From assembly GCA_044222065.1 (NCBI GenBank), contig JBGAOA010000082.1:1-16673 (forward strand): DNA of 16,673 nucleotides. Reading direction: 5' to 3'. The stretch's first letter is position 1, and each line of letters opens with the position of its first letter. Of this stretch, positions 8,501-15,792 are shown one piece after another. The position numbers and the translations under genes were made by a program. Below the pieces are notes generated by a model that saw only the letters and a list, made by a program, of their open reading frames with translations, searched no databases and was not told where the DNA came from. This DNA is from Candidatus Eiseniibacteriota bacterium. GTDB lineage: Bacteria > Eisenbacteria > RBG-16-71-46.

Positions 8501-8671
8501 GGTCGGCACCTGCGCGGGATTCCAGTTCGCGGCGTTGGACGCGGCGCCGCCGGCGGCGTTCTGCCACACGAGCGTGACCGCGTGCGCGGCGAGCGGAGCG
8601 GCGAGCGCGCCCGCGAGGGCGAGCGGAAGGGCGAAGCGGCGCGGGTGGGCCGCGCGGATCGGAAACGGCAT
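5546..8671 (-). CDS. Large exported beta-helical (autotransporter passenger-like) protein with T5SS/PEP-CTERM-associated-type repeats and C-terminal FlgD-Ig/T9SS-like domain, 1041 aa
   Basis: RBS GAGGAG and ATG at 8671 (MPFPIRAAH...AHA|VT). N-terminal W...GG...NAANWNP...VP...D cap, Gly/Thr/Val-rich repeats (VGETATGSGTLLLTGAGS), autochaperone-like VAPG...GTLEVELG...YDTL...LGGTL...GDSFTVI...SGTFANV, then VYDVTGREVAVL...GAGAH...GLYFVRA. Confidence 0.85.
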   Translation of the reverse strand: MPFPIRAAHPRRFALPLALAGALAAPLAAHAVTLVWQNAAGGAASNAANWNPAQVPTVADLLRFDLANTYTVTLNGTVDSVQTHQIFGGDVTLSPSVLHNVGTGFHVASTAGLVATARLLSGDMRFGWSTSVGAGTGATGTLRLSGGTVNVTQNTFGASGEGPVVNIAGSGTTSAGTGELVVINGASFTPAFHVNVGRNAGSLGTLRVRGAGATGSGTRRAQFLADSATADCRLGRSGGHGILEVQDGGLFRIGRNLVVAEGASDIGDVTITGKNVIDSSTVKVKGSLKLAYDPASGAAGGTGTITLDSLGVLVVDDSTIVGDPDGSSGTITIQPDSRMRTKHLILQQPAGSTVDLQGGLLQVDGGTFSTFTNRLTIPGGATDGNDTPKLQLMNGAAATFTGATATPPLIVASTGGAVFDVLGGADVVANGGNVIAAQNAGSVAQVDVYGAGSTLSTNRTFVVGSAGQAYVAVDAGGIVSTSGVNVGETATGSGTLLLTGAGSMLNSTGAFNVAGSTLAQGNYGTVVVNDGATLNLLAPVVAGTIWKGPGTPGTIGVLTNATVNVQGAMTVRGNIELDSGTWSGGSLLLRDTGIIVGGGTVSSSILAGTDTTVMILAGGALDLGRDTGNGDVLIRGLLDVGPNVVTIHDPDSAIVGVVELSGGELHLPAGGGVLESGKRLVGDGTIFGPFTPRGDVITSGAGLKIAGTMYGTGASTSGTLVQFLAGARFDGAGAMDCAVTVDSGAVVHATDQLVLGRLWSPNDLTLRGRIEGPRSRVLALQQASNTSLYGEVVLDNTTLTGGSGFAFNVETSGRLSGAGSLTQNLVVKGRVAPGTGARKISTSASLSMSNGTLEVELGNHATSEYDTLKSTHAFLGGTLELKLLPSFNGVPGDSFTVIQCTGIVSGTFANVTVQGEPLNGRFGVVYNGNSVVVVVLLPILGVEDHTPAPSTFTALRFAPLGSPGASPVLALDLPVAANVSVRVYDVTGREVAVLADGALGAGAHRLPLSRDLPGAGLYFVRARVDDGSRIEVRKASVVRLR

Positions 8672-8776
8672 GGCAAGGACTCCTCGATGGTGTCGGGGAC
8701 GCCGAATTCCGCCTCGGGGAGGGAGTGAGGCCGGAAGGAGTGGTGCGGGGGATGGCGTCGAATGCGGCCCGAAACG

Positions 8777-8812
8777 GACACGCCCCGCCGGAGCGTTCCG
8801 GCGGGGCGTGTC
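8777..8812 (-). terminator. Intrinsic terminator after trxB
   Basis: Perfect 16-bp stem gacacgccccgccgga/tccggcggggcgtgtc with a 4-nt loop, followed by CGTTTC on the minus strand, 11 bp after the trxB stop. Confidence 0.75.
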
Positions 8813-8823
8813 GGGGGGGCCGC

Positions 8824-9789
8824 TCAGCGCTTCTCGGCCGCCGGCTCCTCGGCGTGGACGTGCGCCTCGAGCCAGCGCTCGGCCTCGATCGCCGCCATGC
8901 AGCCCGTGCCCGCCGCGGTCACCGCCTGACGGTAGGTCTTGTCCGCGACGTCGCCGGCGGCGAACACGCCGTCGATGTTCGTGCGCGGCGTGCCGGGCTC
9001 GACGAGCACATAGCCCGCCTCGTCGAGATTCACGGCGCCGTTCAGGAACAGCGTGTTCGGCTGGTGGCCGATCGCGATGAACAGTCCGTCGATCGGCATT
9101 TCCGTGACCTGGCCGTCCACGAGGTTGCGAATGCGCACGGCCTTGAGCTTGCCGCTCTCCACGCCGAGGCACTCGGCGACTTCGCTGTTCCACATCACGC
9201 GGATCTTCGGGTTCGAGAGCACGCGCTCCTGCATGATCTTCGACGCACGGAACGCGTCGCGCCGGTGCACCACGATGACTTCGCTCGCGAGGCGGGCGAG
9301 ATAGCTCGCCTCCTCCATCGCGGTGTCGCCGCCGCCGACCACGACGACGCGCCGGTTGCGGAAGAACGGCCCGTCGCACGTCGCGCACGCCGAGACGCCG
9401 AAGCCCATCAGCGCGTGCTCGCTCGGCAGCCCGAGCAGCTTCGCCGACGCGCCGGTCGCGACGATCACCGTGCGACCGCGGTACTCCTTGCCCTCGTCGG
9501 TCCAGATCGTGAACGGCTGCTTCGAGAAGTCCACGCGTTCGACCGCGCCTCCGACGATCTCGGTGCCGAAGCGCTCGGCCTGGCGGCGCATGACCTCCAT
9601 GAGGTCCGGCCCCAGGATGCCGTGCTCGAAGCCCGGGTAGTTCTCGACCTCGGTCGTGATCGTGAGCTGGCCGCCGGGCTGCCATCCGGAGACGAGCAGC
9701 GGCTTCAGGCCGGCGCGCGCCGCGTAGAGCGCCGCGGTGTAGCCCGCGGGGCCGGCGCCGAGGATGAGCACGTCACGCACGTCGTTCAC
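8824..9789 (-). CDS. trxB: Thioredoxin-disulfide reductase
   Basis: GAGPAGYTAALYAARA, GGQLTITTEVENYPGF, redox motif GVSACATCDG, NADPH motif GGGDTAMEEA, HRRDAFRAS, GDVAD..YRQAVTAAGTGC. GTG start with GGAG RBS. Confidence 0.97.
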   Translation of the reverse strand: MNDVRDVLILGAGPAGYTAALYAARAGLKPLLVSGWQPGGQLTITTEVENYPGFEHGILGPDLMEVMRRQAERFGTEIVGGAVERVDFSKQPFTIWTDEGKEYRGRTVIVATGASAKLLGLPSEHALMGFGVSACATCDGPFFRNRRVVVVGGGDTAMEEASYLARLASEVIVVHRRDAFRASKIMQERVLSNPKIRVMWNSEVAECLGVESGKLKAVRIRNLVDGQVTEMPIDGLFIAIGHQPNTLFLNGAVNLDEAGYVLVEPGTPRTNIDGVFAAGDVADKTYRQAVTAAGTGCMAAIEAERWLEAHVHAEEPAAEKR

Positions 9790-9827
9790 GTCGGACTCCA
9801 GGGTCGAAGGCTGCGAAAGAGGGCGGG

Positions 9828-9856
9828 ATTCTAGACCAATCCCTGACGCGGGCGAA
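9828..9856 (-). promoter_or_regulatory. Candidate sigma70 promoter of trxB
   Basis: -10 TAGAAT (9833-9828), 17-bp spacer, weak -35 TTCGCC (9856-9851), in the nnrS-trxB intergenic region. Confidence 0.45.
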
Positions 9857-9920
9857 GCCGTCGCGCCCTATTGGAAGGCGCGCGCGCGAAAAGGATTCGA
9901 GGGCGCCCGAGCGCCGCGCA

Positions 9921-11213
9921 TCAGGAAACGCGCACGAACGACGGCCCCTCTGCGGGGTGCGTGCGCCGCAGTCGCGGGAACGCCGCCGCGAGCCACGTCG
10001 CGACGGCGGCGATCCACGCGGCCGCTGCGGCGGCATAGGCCCCGGGGAGCCAGTCCGGAGGCATCGCCGCGGCGGCGAGGCGCAGCGCGAGCGCCGCGGC
10101 AACGCACGCGACGACCGGCGCGCCGTAGAGGCGCGACTCGTCGCGTTGCGGATGGCGGCCGTGCGAGATCGTGACGCGCGTCGCGATCCCGAGCGTCAGG
10201 AGCCCGAAGCCGCCGACGAACGTGACGTGCAGCGCCGCGATCTCGTGGGCGCGCGCGATCGCGGCGATCAGCAGGCCGAGTCCGGTCATCGACCCCGTCG
10301 CCCACAGCGCCCAGCCGTAGAGGTCGCGCCGCATCGGCGTGCGCCACACCTTCCACACCCCGAGCACCTGGGTCCCACCCGCGAGCGCGCGCAGCAACGC
10401 GCCGGCGCTCGCGCGCCCGGCGGCTTCGAGCGCGAACGCGCCCGCGAACGCGAGCGCGAGCGCGGCGTACAGCGCGCGCCGGCCGCGGCGCTCGTGCGGC
10501 TTCGCGAGCCCCGGGATCGCGAGGGGCTCGCGGATGCCGGCGAAAGGCGGCACGAGCAGCGCGCCGACGCCGAGCACGAGCGACAGCACCATGCCGAGCG
10601 ACACGAGCCGCGCGGCGAAGTTCGGCGCGGGATCGGCGAAGCGCCCGAGTGTCGCGAGCGCCTGGAGCACGCCGCCCGCGAGTCCGCACGCGAGGCCGAG
10701 GCCGACGAACGCGAACTCTTCCGGCGGTTTCGCGTGCGCGCCGAGGATGCGCCGCAGCAGCGTGAGTCCGATGTGCAGGACGGCGAGCGCGAACGCCGCG
10801 TGGGCGAGGAGCGCGGCGCCCGCGAGCGCGCCACCGAGTCCCGCGAGCACGAGCGCGAGCCCGGTCGCGAGCTCCCACGGGCGGCAGCGCTCGCCGCGGG
10901 TGAACGCGGGCATCGCCGTGAACAGGAAACCCATGACGAAGCACAGCTCGAAGCCTTGCACCATGAGCGTGCGGTGCAGCGCCGCGGGGTAGGCGAGCAC
11001 GCCGAGCGGCCACAGGAGCCACGGCGCCGTGCCCGCGATGGCCGCGAGCGCGCCGAGCGGGAACAGCAGCCGGTAGGGATCGGGCGCGCCGCTCGCGAGC
11101 TTCAGCGGCGAGGCGTCGGCGCGCGTCGGCGCCGCGACGTCGCGAATCGGGATCGCGCGCGGCGGCGTGGCCGCGGGCGGAGCCGCGGGCGCCCCGGGCC
11201 CGTTCGAGTTCAC
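9921..11213 (-). CDS. nnrS: NnrS-family membrane protein (nitrosative stress response)
   Basis: GTG start overlaps the nosY stop (GTGA). PYRLLFPLG...HRTLMVQGFELCFVMGFLFTAMPAFT and ALHVTFVGGFG...ATRVTISHG match NnrS motifs. Many hydrophobic helices. Confidence 0.8.
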   Translation of the reverse strand: MNSNGPGAPAAPPAATPPRAIPIRDVAAPTRADASPLKLASGAPDPYRLLFPLGALAAIAGTAPWLLWPLGVLAYPAALHRTLMVQGFELCFVMGFLFTAMPAFTRGERCRPWELATGLALVLAGLGGALAGAALLAHAAFALAVLHIGLTLLRRILGAHAKPPEEFAFVGLGLACGLAGGVLQALATLGRFADPAPNFAARLVSLGMVLSLVLGVGALLVPPFAGIREPLAIPGLAKPHERRGRRALYAALALAFAGAFALEAAGRASAGALLRALAGGTQVLGVWKVWRTPMRRDLYGWALWATGSMTGLGLLIAAIARAHEIAALHVTFVGGFGLLTLGIATRVTISHGRHPQRDESRLYGAPVVACVAAALALRLAAAAMPPDWLPGAYAAAAAAWIAAVATWLAAAFPRLRRTHPAEGPSFVRVS

Positions 11214-12058
11214 CAGTCGCGCTTCCGGAACACGCGCGCCGCGATCGCGAGCGGCACCGCGGTCTCGATCGCGAGCACGGCGAGGCCGAGCGCGACGCCG
11301 CCCGTCGTGCCGAAGAGCTTCACGAGCACGGCGGAGGTGGGCCCGAACAGCGCGCCCGAGCCGACCGCGAGCGTGACGAGCACGCGCGCGAGGTCCACGG
11401 GGTTCGCGAGCAGCGCCGGGAACAGCACGCGCTCGAGCGGCAGCCCGCTCAGCATCGTCGTCGCGCCGACCACGGCGAGATCGTAGGCGACGACCATCGT
11501 GAGCCACAGCAGCAGGGCGAGCGACATCGCCTTGAGCCGGTCGGGCCACAGCGCGGCGATCGCGAGCGCCGCGGCGAGGCACAGCGCCCCGAGCACGAAC
11601 GACAGCGCGGTGAGCGCGAGGTAGCCCGGCAGCTGCTCGGCGCCGGCGTTGAACGCGACAACGAGCCCTCCGCCGCCGAACCCGAGCGCCTGCGCGACGC
11701 CGAGCGCCGCGGCGAGACCGAGGAACTTGCCCGCGAGCACTTCGCCGCGCGTCACGGGCTGCGCGAGCAGCAGCGGCAGCGTCTCGCCGCCGCCTGCGAT
11801 GCTCGTCACGCCGAGCAGCAGCGCCGCAAGCGGCACGATGAGCAGCACGAGGTTCATGAGCGACAGCGTCACGCGCGCGAAGCCCTGGAAGCCCACTTCG
11901 CGGCTCTGCGCGAGCCCGAAGTACGAAAGCCCGAGCACGAGCAGCGCGAACGCGGTCGTGAAGCCGAACAGCCAGCGCGTCTCGAGCGCGCGACGGTATT
12001 CCTCGCGCGCGACGATGCCGACGCGCCGGAGCGATGCGGCGAGGGGTGTGGCGCTCAT
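11210..12058 (-). CDS. nosY: NosY ABC transporter permease
   Basis: ATG at 12058 overlaps the upstream stop. AREEYR..L..RW, SLMNL...IVPL.AL, TLPLLLAQPVTRGEVLAGKFLG, LLLW...YD, ANPVDLAR. Located in the nos cluster. Confidence 0.9.
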   Translation of the reverse strand: MSATPLAASLRRVGIVAREEYRRALETRWLFGFTTAFALLVLGLSYFGLAQSREVGFQGFARVTLSLMNLVLLIVPLAALLLGVTSIAGGGETLPLLLAQPVTRGEVLAGKFLGLAAALGVAQALGFGGGGLVVAFNAGAEQLPGYLALTALSFVLGALCLAAALAIAALWPDRLKAMSLALLLWLTMVVAYDLAVVGATTMLSGLPLERVLFPALLANPVDLARVLVTLAVGSGALFGPTSAVLVKLFGTTGGVALGLAVLAIETAVPLAIAARVFRKRDW

Positions 12059-12471
12059 CGGTGTCCCTCCACGAGGTGCGAGCCCGTCACGGCGAGGCGG
12101 CCGACGGGTTCGTTGCCGACGAGCCATGCGAACCCTTCGCCCGGCAGGTCGGCGTCGAACGTGACGCTCCAGCGCGCGCCGGGCGCGAGCGCCGCGACGT
12201 TCACGCGGTCTTCGTAGCCGGCGAGACGAACCGAGAGCGGCGCGGCGTCGCGATTGACGAGCGTGACGGTGACGCGCGCGCCCTTCGGCACCATGGCTTC
12301 GGCCGGCTCGATCGCGGCGTGCGACACCTCGAAGTCGAGGGCGGCCACGGGCGCGGGCGCCGGAGCCGCCGCGATCGCGCGCGGCGCGCGGTACGGCAGG
12401 CGCGCGAGCACGGCGAGCAGCGCGGCCGCGACCACGACGCCGAGCACGAGCAGGCGGTAGGCGCGGCTCAT
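12055..12471 (-). CDS. Membrane-anchored cupredoxin-like protein lacking canonical Cu ligands (138 aa)
   Basis: ATGA overlaps on both sides. N-terminal hydrophobic anchor, Pro/Ala linker, then IEPAEAMVPKGARVTVTLVNRD...LAPGARWSVTFDADLPG...GRLAV, the cupredoxin strand pattern. No Cys in the protein. Confidence 0.7.
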   Translation of the reverse strand: MSRAYRLLVLGVVVAAALLAVLARLPYRAPRAIAAAPAPAPVAALDFEVSHAAIEPAEAMVPKGARVTVTLVNRDAAPLSVRLAGYEDRVNVAALAPGARWSVTFDADLPGEGFAWLVGNEPVGRLAVTGSHLVEGHR

Positions 12472-12899
12472 CGCGCGGCTCCTGCGGCGAACGCGGCGAG
12501 CCGGTCGACGCGGCCCGCGGTGCGCGCGGCGATCGTGTCGGCGGTCGCGCGGTCCGCGAACGCCGCGAATCCGCCGCCCATCGGCGAGGGGAACGAGCCC
12601 TTCACGACCCACAGCGACTCGGCGGCGTGCAGCGACTTCGTGTCGTAGTCGGCGAGCCACGCGCGGTCCGCGCCGTCGCGGATCAGGCACTCGATCGAGT
12701 CGTACACGCGCCAGCCCTGCGCGGTCTCGCGCTCGCACGCGAAGCGGCGGTCGCCCGCCGTCATGCCGCACGCGGCGCACGTCGCGCCGTCGGCGATCGG
12801 CGGCGGCCCCGTGCGCCGGGCGCAGCCGGGCGAGGCGAGGGCGCCGCCGAGCAGCGCGATCACGGCCACGAGGGCCCGCGTGCGAACGCGCGCGCTCAC
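12468..12899 (-). CDS. nosL: NosL copper chaperone lipoprotein
   Basis: GTG start overlaps the nosF stop. Lipobox-like SPGC, CAACGM, YDSIEC and SPMGGG..AF motifs. Confidence 0.9.
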   Translation of the reverse strand: MSARVRTRALVAVIALLGGALASPGCARRTGPPPIADGATCAACGMTAGDRRFACERETAQGWRVYDSIECLIRDGADRAWLADYDTKSLHAAESLWVVKGSFPSPMGGGFAAFADRATADTIAARTAGRVDRLAAFAAGAAR

Positions 12900-13801
12900 G
12901 GCCGGCCTCCGCGCACGACCTCGAGGAACACGTCCTCGAGCGTGGGACGCTGCATCTCGAACGCGCGCACGCCGACGCCCGCGACGCGCAGCGCCTCGAG
13001 CGCTTCGTGCGCGCGGCCGTCCGCGCCTTCGACCGCGAGGACGCGTTCGCCCGCGGTCACGCGGTCGAAGCCGCGCGCCTCCAGCGCCGTGTGGGCGCGC
13101 GCTTCGTCGCCGGCGAGCTGCACGACGAGCCGCGTCGCGCGCAGCTGGCGCTCCCGCAGGTCCGTGAGCCGTTCGAGCGCCGCGCGGCGTCCGCCGACGA
13201 GGATCAGCACGCGGTCGGCGACGCGCTCGACCTCGGACAGCAGGTGGGAGCAGAGCAGGATCGTGCGGCCCTCGCGCCGCAGCGTTTCGACGAGCGTGCG
13301 GAACTCCCACGTCGCCTCGGGATCGAGGCTCGCCGTCGGCTCGTCGAGCACGAGCAGGTCGGGTTCACCGAGCAGCGCCTGCGCGAGCGAGAGCCGCTGC
13401 GAGTAGCCGCCCGACAGTTCGGTCGCGCGGCGGCTCGCGAGCGGCGCGAGGCCGACGCGCTCGAGCGCGCGGTCCACGGCCGCGTCGGGCAGCGCGCGCA
13501 GTTCGGCGTAGAAGCGCAGCACGTCGCGCACCGTGCGGCCGGCGGGGAACTCGACGCGCTGCGGGACGTAGCCGAGCGAGGCGCGCGCGCGCGCGTCGGA
13601 TGGCGGCAGCCCGGCCTCGCCGAGCGCGATCGTGCCCGAGTCCGGGCGCGCGAGGCCGAGCAGCATCTTGAGCGTCGTCGTCTTGCCCGCGCCGTTCGGG
13701 CCGATGAGCGCGAACGTCTCGCCGCGTTCGACCGCGAACGACAGGCCGTCGACGGCGACGACGGCGCCGTACGATTTGCGCAGATCCGAGACGTGGATCA
13801 C
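12896..13801 (-). CDS. nosF: NosF ABC transporter ATPase
   Basis: RBS GGAGG, GTG start overlapping the nosD stop. Walker A GPNGAGKTT, Q-loop YVPQ, signature LSGGYSQR, Walker B LLVLDEP, H-loop SH. Confidence 0.9.
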   Translation of the reverse strand: MIHVSDLRKSYGAVVAVDGLSFAVERGETFALIGPNGAGKTTTLKMLLGLARPDSGTIALGEAGLPPSDARARASLGYVPQRVEFPAGRTVRDVLRFYAELRALPDAAVDRALERVGLAPLASRRATELSGGYSQRLSLAQALLGEPDLLVLDEPTASLDPEATWEFRTLVETLRREGRTILLCSHLLSEVERVADRVLILVGGRRAALERLTDLRERQLRATRLVVQLAGDEARAHTALEARGFDRVTAGERVLAVEGADGRAHEALEALRVAGVGVRAFEMQRPTLEDVFLEVVRGGRP

Positions 13802-15174
13802 GCGGACCTCCGGCGCCGAACGAAGCCGGCGAGCCCGCCCGTGAAGAGCGCCGCGAACGCGAAGCGCGCGCCCCACGACGCGCGCGCGCCGTACGGGCGC
13901 TCGAGCGCGTGGCCGGTGCCGGTCACGGCGACGGGCGTCACGCGCGGATGGCGGTCCACCGCCTCGCTCGGCCGCAGCGCGGGCACGACGCGCTCGGCCA
14001 CGCCGAGCGCCGCGACCGCCGGGCTCTTCGCGAGCACCGAGAGGTCGGGGTACTGCTTCGAGACGAACGCGAACGCCGTGACGGGCGAGTACGGCACGTC
14101 GCCGCGGCGGTCGCCGTCGAGGTCGTAGGGCGCGTGTTCGCTCCAGTAGTTGCCCTGCTCGCCGTCGTCGAAGCGGTTCGTCGTGTACTTCATGTCGAGC
14201 GCGACGGGGTAGTCGTTGTTGACGAAGTCGTTCCCGGCGACCTCGTTCTGCGCGCACGAGGCGAAGATCAGCAGTCCCCAGCCGTTGTCCTGGACGAGGT
14301 TCCCGCGGAAGCGATTGCGGTTCGAGTTGTCGAGGAACGCCGCGATGGTGTTGTCCACCATCCGGTTGTTCGTGAACTCCCCGTCCGAGCAGTCGCGCAA
14401 GAGCAGCCCGTACGTGCGCGGGCCGCGGTTGCGCCAGAAGTCGTTGCGCTCGACCCGCAGGTGGTTCGAGAACATGATCGCGCAGCCCGCGACGTTCGTG
14501 AGGAAGCGGTTCGCGACGAGGTCGTTGCGCTGGCAGTACATCGTGTGCAGGCCGTAGCGCCCGCAGTCGTGCAGCACGTTCGCCTCGACGTGCGCGCGGT
14601 CCACGAACGACAGGTAGATGCCGTCGGTGAAGCGCTGGACGTCGTTCGCGACGAGCCGCGGGTCGGCGCAGTACCAGAGGTGGATGCCGTTGCCCTCGCC
14701 GTCTTCCTTCATCGGGGGCACGCGGCCGACGAACGTGCAGCGCTCGATCGCGAGATCCGCGGCGCGCTCGGCGTACACGCCGTAGAGCACGTCTTCGAAG
14801 CGCACGCGACGGATCGCGACGTTCGCGGCGCGGATCACGCGAATGCCGCTGTCCACGGTCAGGACGCGCGCGCCGCTGCCGCGCACGTCGACGTCCTCGA
14901 CGACCGAGCCGTTCGCGGCGATCGCGATCACGGTGCCCGCGCGCGGCCCTTCGATGACCGCGCCGGCCTCGCCGCGAAGCGTCAGGCGCCGCTCGATGCG
15001 CACGGGCCCTCGGTGCACTCCGGCGGCGAGCACGAGCGTGTCGCCCTCCGAGGTGGCGGAGAGTGCGCGCGCGAGCGCCCCCGGCGTCGCCGGCACGCGC
15101 ACGGCGGCCCGTGCGTCGAGCGAGCCGAGCGCGAACGCGAACGCGGCGAGGGCGAGGGTGGGGCGCAGGCGCAC
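13798..15174 (-). CDS. nosD: NosD periplasmic beta-helix maturation protein
   Basis: Probable GTG start at 15174 (uncertain). Signal peptide, GDTLVL..G, GNGIHLWY, DGIY, RYGLHTMY, AIMFS (His/Met/Met Cu site) and GNYWS....YDLDGD..GD.PY. Confidence 0.92.
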   Translation of the reverse strand: MRLRPTLALAAFAFALGSLDARAAVRVPATPGALARALSATSEGDTLVLAAGVHRGPVRIERRLTLRGEAGAVIEGPRAGTVIAIAANGSVVEDVDVRGSGARVLTVDSGIRVIRAANVAIRRVRFEDVLYGVYAERAADLAIERCTFVGRVPPMKEDGEGNGIHLWYCADPRLVANDVQRFTDGIYLSFVDRAHVEANVLHDCGRYGLHTMYCQRNDLVANRFLTNVAGCAIMFSNHLRVERNDFWRNRGPRTYGLLLRDCSDGEFTNNRMVDNTIAAFLDNSNRNRFRGNLVQDNGWGLLIFASCAQNEVAGNDFVNNDYPVALDMKYTTNRFDDGEQGNYWSEHAPYDLDGDRRGDVPYSPVTAFAFVSKQYPDLSVLAKSPAVAALGVAERVVPALRPSEAVDRHPRVTPVAVTGTGHALERPYGARASWGARFAFAALFTGGLAGFVRRRRSA

Positions 15175-15185
15175 CGTGACCGCCG

Positions 15186-15779
15186 TCAGGCCGAGCGCCG
15201 CGCGCGCCGTTCGAGCCAGAAGATCGCGGGGCCGAGCAGCCACGCGATGCCGAGCAGCACCGTACCGAGGCCGGGAATGCTCAGCACCTTGAAGTTCGCC
15301 ATCTGCTTGAAGCCGATGAGCGGCGGCGTGAACGCCGGCAGCGTGATGGCCGCGCGCGGATCGAGTTCGTGGCCGTACGCGTAAAGCCACTTCGCGAAGT
15401 CCACGAACATGACCCCCGCGAACACCGTGAACGCCACCCAGCCGAGCACCGCGAGCCAGCGCCGGCGCGTGATCGCGGCCAGCAGCGCGAACACACCGAA
15501 CACCGACAGCGCCTGCGGCATGAAGCGGAACTCGCGGAAGTCGGCGTCGCGGATCGGCTTCATGCCCACGTAGTGGTTCAGCGTGTTCACCTTGTCGACG
15601 TCGCCCTTGATGGTGTTCGTGTAGATGCGCAGCTCGAGCCCTTCGGGGTACTGGGGCGCGCGCATCTTCATGTGCCAGATCGGGAGCACGGGCAGGAAGA
15701 ACACCGGCAGCAGCACGAGCGCCACCAGCGCCACCAGCAAGCGTTCGCGGCCGCTCAGCAAACCCATCAGGTAACTCAT
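15186..15779 (-). CDS. nosB: NosB membrane protein of clade II nos clusters
   Basis: ATG at 15779. PIW....APQYPEGL.L.I, INTLNHYVGM-like VNTLNHYVGMKPI, WLY.YGH.LDP.A.I, FTPPLIG.KQMANF and four hydrophobic segments, directly after nosZ. Confidence 0.88.
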   Translation of the reverse strand: MSYLMGLLSGRERLLVALVALVLLPVFFLPVLPIWHMKMRAPQYPEGLELRIYTNTIKGDVDKVNTLNHYVGMKPIRDADFREFRFMPQALSVFGVFALLAAITRRRWLAVLGWVAFTVFAGVMFVDFAKWLYAYGHELDPRAAITLPAFTPPLIGFKQMANFKVLSIPGLGTVLLGIAWLLGPAIFWLERRARRSA

Positions 15780-15792
15780 CGGGAGCCTTTCG

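Noticed and set aside
5208..8567. 1119-aa minus-strand ORF and other long Arg/Ala/Pro-rich ORFs (3515-5545, 3751-5817, 6326-8728, 9957-11486, 13909-15384)
   Set aside because: Alternative-frame or antisense shadows of real genes. Stop codons are rare at this GC content and the products have no recognisable motifs.
8672..9685. N-terminal 338 aa of the 1379-aa track ORF, suggesting a giant protein overlapping trxB
   Set aside because: It is an off-frame read of trxB crossing a terminator. The RBS and signal peptide place the real start at 8671.
9790..9920. FNR/DNR/NnrR box near nnrS or trxB
   Set aside because: No TTGAT-N4-ATCAA-like palindrome was seen. The nos promoter lies outside the window.
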